This document shows positions 61,390 to 64,000 of a stretch of DNA of 64,000 bases, in pieces. Location of the stretch: contig CAVYNY010000016.1 in NCBI GenBank assembly GCA_963769935.1, positions 96,001 through 160,000 on the forward strand, read 5' to 3'. Positions within the stretch are counted from its first letter, which is position 1. Each line of letters begins with the position of its first letter. Source of the DNA: an uncultured delta proteobacterium (lineage in GTDB: Bacteria > Desulfobacterota > Desulfobacteria > Desulfobacterales > JAFDCJ01). The position numbers were made by a program, and so were the translations under genes. The notes under the pieces were generated by a model. It had not been told where the DNA came from. It worked only from the letters and a program-made list of their open reading frames with translations, and made no database searches.

Positions 61390-61506
61390 AGTTGATTGAG
61401 TTGATTAGGTTGATAAGCTGATAAGTTATATGAAGAGGCTTTTTTAGGAAATAAAGTTCATTCCGTCGTACCTAATCAACCATTCAACTCGTCAACCCAG
61501 TCAACT
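61390..61506. repeat. Nonamer-based inverted repeat (GTTGAT/ATCAAC) between etfB and etfA
   Basis: agttgattgagttgattaggttgataag ... aatcaaccattcaactcgtcaacccagtcaact. Confidence 0.7.
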
Positions 61507-61513
61507 AAATAGG

Positions 61514-62515
61514 GTGAGCCGAAAGATGCGAAATAGCATTGTGGTCATCGCCGAACATACAGACGGTCTGGTGCGGCCCGTGACATATGAACTCATTGCC
61601 TTTGCCTGCAAACTGCAACAGCTGACGCAGCAGGCGATACGGGTTTTGATACTTGGTGCCGACGTACTGAATCTCGCCCGGGATATCGCGAATCAAAGCA
61701 GTCTGGATGTGACGGCCTTTGAAGTCCCCGATCTGCCCGGATATAATGGAGAATTATACAGCCGGCTATTGGCGGAACAGCTTCGCGTCCATGGCCCGGC
61801 CTATGTGTGTGTTGCCCACTCATCCCGGGGACAGGATTTTGCACCGGTCCTGGCGGTCAAATTGGGTGCCGCCTGTATCAGCGCAGTTGAAGATATTCAG
61901 CCGTCCGGCGAAGGCGTCGGTTTTGTGCGACCGCTTTACGGCGGCAAATTAAGGGCCGGCATCCGTCCGGTTTCCGCGACAGCCGTTGTGGCCGTCCAGC
62001 CCGGAATTTTCAAATTCGTGCCGCCGGCAGGTGCGAAAGCCGGCCGCGTCGACATCCGGCCGCTATCGGCTGTGCCGCCAAGCTCGCGTTCTCTGGGAAT
62101 GAAAAAGTCTGCGCCGGATGCGGCGGGTATCACGGAAGCCGACGTCATTGTCGCCGCCGGACAGGGCATCGGCGAAAGGGATAATCTTGACCTTATCCAT
62201 CAACTGGCCGCGCTGTTTGCCAGATCAGCCGTCGCCGGATCCCGCATCGTGTGTGACCTGGGTTGGCTGGAGTACCGGTGTCAGATTGGCGCAACCGGCG
62301 CAACCGTTGCCCCGCGGCTGTACATTGCCTGCGGCATTTCCGGGGCTATCCAGCACCTAACCGGCATGCGCGGCTCGGAGTTTATTGTGGCCATTAATAA
62401 AGACCCGGCCGCCGCCATATTTCAGGTGGCGGACATCTGTATTGTTGAAGATCTGACGACGTTCATCCCAAAAATAATTGCATCCTGCCTGGAATCGAGG
62501 GAGAAACATCAGTGA
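61514..62515 (+). CDS. etfA: Electron transfer flavoprotein alpha subunit (start GTG 61514 or ATG 61526)
   Basis: [38 protein letters not shown]. Confidence 0.93.
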   Translation: MSRKMRNSIVVIAEHTDGLVRPVTYELIAFACKLQQLTQQAIRVLILGADVLNLARDIANQSSLDVTAFEVPDLPGYNGELYSRLLAEQLRVHGPAYVCVAHSSRGQDFAPVLAVKLGAACISAVEDIQPSGEGVGFVRPLYGGKLRAGIRPVSATAVVAVQPGIFKFVPPAGAKAGRVDIRPLSAVPPSSRSLGMKKSAPDAAGITEADVIVAAGQGIGERDNLDLIHQLAALFARSAVAGSRIVCDLGWLEYRCQIGATGATVAPRLYIACGISGAIQHLTGMRGSEFIVAINKDPAAAIFQVADICIVEDLTTFIPKIIASCLESREKHQ

Positions 62516-62520
62516 AGAAT

Positions 62521-62544
62521 CCTGGCCCAGAGGGCCAGGCTTTC
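62521..62544. terminator. Hairpin between convergent etfA and the flavoprotein gene
   Basis: cctggccc-aga-gggccagg followed by cttt. Confidence 0.6.
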
Positions 62545-62561
62545 AATGTTGGAATATAATA

Positions 62562-64000
62562 TTACAATTTTTTATCTACTAATTTTTGAAATACGTATGG
62601 CAGGCAGTCTTCCGTTTTCATGGGTTTGCCGGCCAAAAGAGAATGCGTATCTATCCATTCTCTTTTATTCGCAGCAATATAGGTTTCCAAATCATGGGCC
62701 TCCATAAAATTTTTGGTTCTTTGAGATACATTTTTTATGGCTGTTTCATGAATAGCGGGGTAATGGTTCATAAGTGCCGCCGCTCCGGCAATATAATGCG
62801 ACCATTTTCTATTCTCTATTGATACCCTTTCGATGCCGTCAGATTTTATCATGGTATCGTAGTCGTCATTTTTAAAAAAATATAAATAGACATCCAAGTA
62901 AAATTTGACCATTTCCAATACACTGGATCCAAAAAATGAATTAAAAGCGTCATCGTCTATGTAAGCATCAGCCAGATACACCATATCCTTGTCCAGATAG
63001 TTAGTATTGTACATTTCTTTATAATCACAGATCTCCTTTACATTGGAGGCATTTCTACTAAAGCCGACACAATTTAAAACAATATCGGCATCTATGTGAT
63101 GTTTATCATCTATGATAATTCCATTTTCATACATAGCGGTTATATTTCCGACGATGGTACTTATTTTTTTTAAATAGTGCCCGATGAACCATATGTCGGA
63201 GACGCTGATTGTGTGGCCGTCGTGTTTAATTTTACCCATCCAGCACTCGGGTTGGGCGGCGCCACTCAGGTCATACAATTTCTTCCAAAGCAGCATGTTT
63301 CTCATGTTGCTTTTTTTATCATGCTGAAAAGATTCATCGTATGGGGTTGCAAAATTCAAGTAATCAATAATCTTGGGGCACACGGTGCCATGTCTTCTAC
63401 AGACGATGGTGACATGGCTGGCGCCGCTTTCCAGGGCGGTCCTGGCATTCTCGACGGCAAAGGCACCCATCCCGATAATTACCACCTTTTTATTTTTCCA
63501 GGGAAAATCTCTAACGTCGTCTGATATACCTGAAATTATTTGTCCTCGATAATCACGTTGATTTACCAGATCAATTTTCCGGGGTGTTCCGACACGATCA
63601 TTTATCGCTAAAATGACGCCGTTGCTTTTCAGGGTCAGTTTTTGTCGGTTCATGGTCAAATTTATTAGATATGAATTGCCGGTTTTTTTTATCCAATCGA
63701 CTTCAGTATTTAGGAAAATATTATCGGAGACGTTGCGGGCCAATGAAACGATATCTTCCAAAATTTCTCTGGTTGTAGAATGGTCTCGGTTGGATCTGGA
63801 CCCTTTTTCAATCATCCGATAACCGGCTTCCGAGGTATTCACTTGGGAGGTGCTGTTGGCATACTGCGACCAGATTCCGCCGACACTATCTCTTTTTTCC
63901 ACCAGACAAAAAGAAATATTGTTTTTTAATAGGCGCTTGGCGGCATATAAGCCGGTCACGCCGGCGCCGACGATAATAACATCGACTGTTTTGGGCAAAA
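62562..64000 (-). CDS. FAD/NAD(P)-binding protein of the class B flavoprotein monooxygenase (FMO/BVMO-like) fold; probably 5'-truncated by the window edge
   Basis: IVGAGVTG, EK...GGIW, second Rossmann IGMGAFAVE, C.GF. Confidence 0.7.
   Translation of the reverse strand, partial: LPKTVDVIIVGAGVTGLYAAKRLLKNNISFCLVEKRDSVGGIWSQYANSTSQVNTSEAGYRMIEKGSRSNRDHSTTREILEDIVSLARNVSDNIFLNTEVDWIKKTGNSYLINLTMNRQKLTLKSNGVILAINDRVGTPRKIDLVNQRDYRGQIISGISDDVRDFPWKNKKVVIIGMGAFAVENARTALESGASHVTIVCRRHGTVCPKIIDYLNFATPYDESFQHDKKSNMRNMLLWKKLYDLSGAAQPECWMGKIKHDGHTISVSDIWFIGHYLKKISTIVGNITAMYENGIIIDDKHHIDADIVLNCVGFSRNASNVKEICDYKEMYNTNYLDKDMVYLADAYIDDDAFNSFFGSSVLEMVKFYLDVYLYFFKNDDYDTMIKSDGIERVSIENRKWSHYIAGAAALMNHYPAIHETAIKNVSQRTKNFMEAHDLETYIAANKREWIDTHSLLAGKPMKTEDCLPYVFQKLVDKKL

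Overview
Chromosomal window from an anaerobic bacterium, most likely a Desulfobacterota (Desulfobacterales-like) acetate or fatty-acid oxidiser; the taxon is inferred from gene content and organisation. Left to right: the tail of a peptide ABC operon; panE and panB; an uncharacterised cluster (Liv-type ABC importer whose second ATPase is fused to a Tm-1-like/UPF0261 domain, a PEP-hydrolase-like TIM barrel, a flotillin, two SRPBCC domains and a quinone-oxidoreductase domain); an M16C peptidase; rsmA; an atypical GAPDH paired with a 1396-aa PPDK-like dikinase that lacks the pyruvate-binding barrel; the carbonyl-branch Wood-Ljungdahl cluster (RACo/acsV, acsD, cooS, acsB, acsC, acsE, DUF3786) preceded by a CoA-transferase-GNAT fusion; rmuC; an OYE-type flavoenzyme; pspF-pspABC; an NTase-like/TPM/LemA module; an SF2 helicase; and an acyl-CoA dehydrogenase/ETF/TetR block. 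Most intergenic gaps carry short, usually inverted, repeats built from 7-9-nt units, several of which supply the stop codon of the neighbouring gene. There are also REPIN-like palindromes. About ten single-base frameshifts (seven in acsV) look like sequencing errors. I found no rRNA, tRNA, CRISPR array or transposase. All product calls come from motif recognition without database searches.
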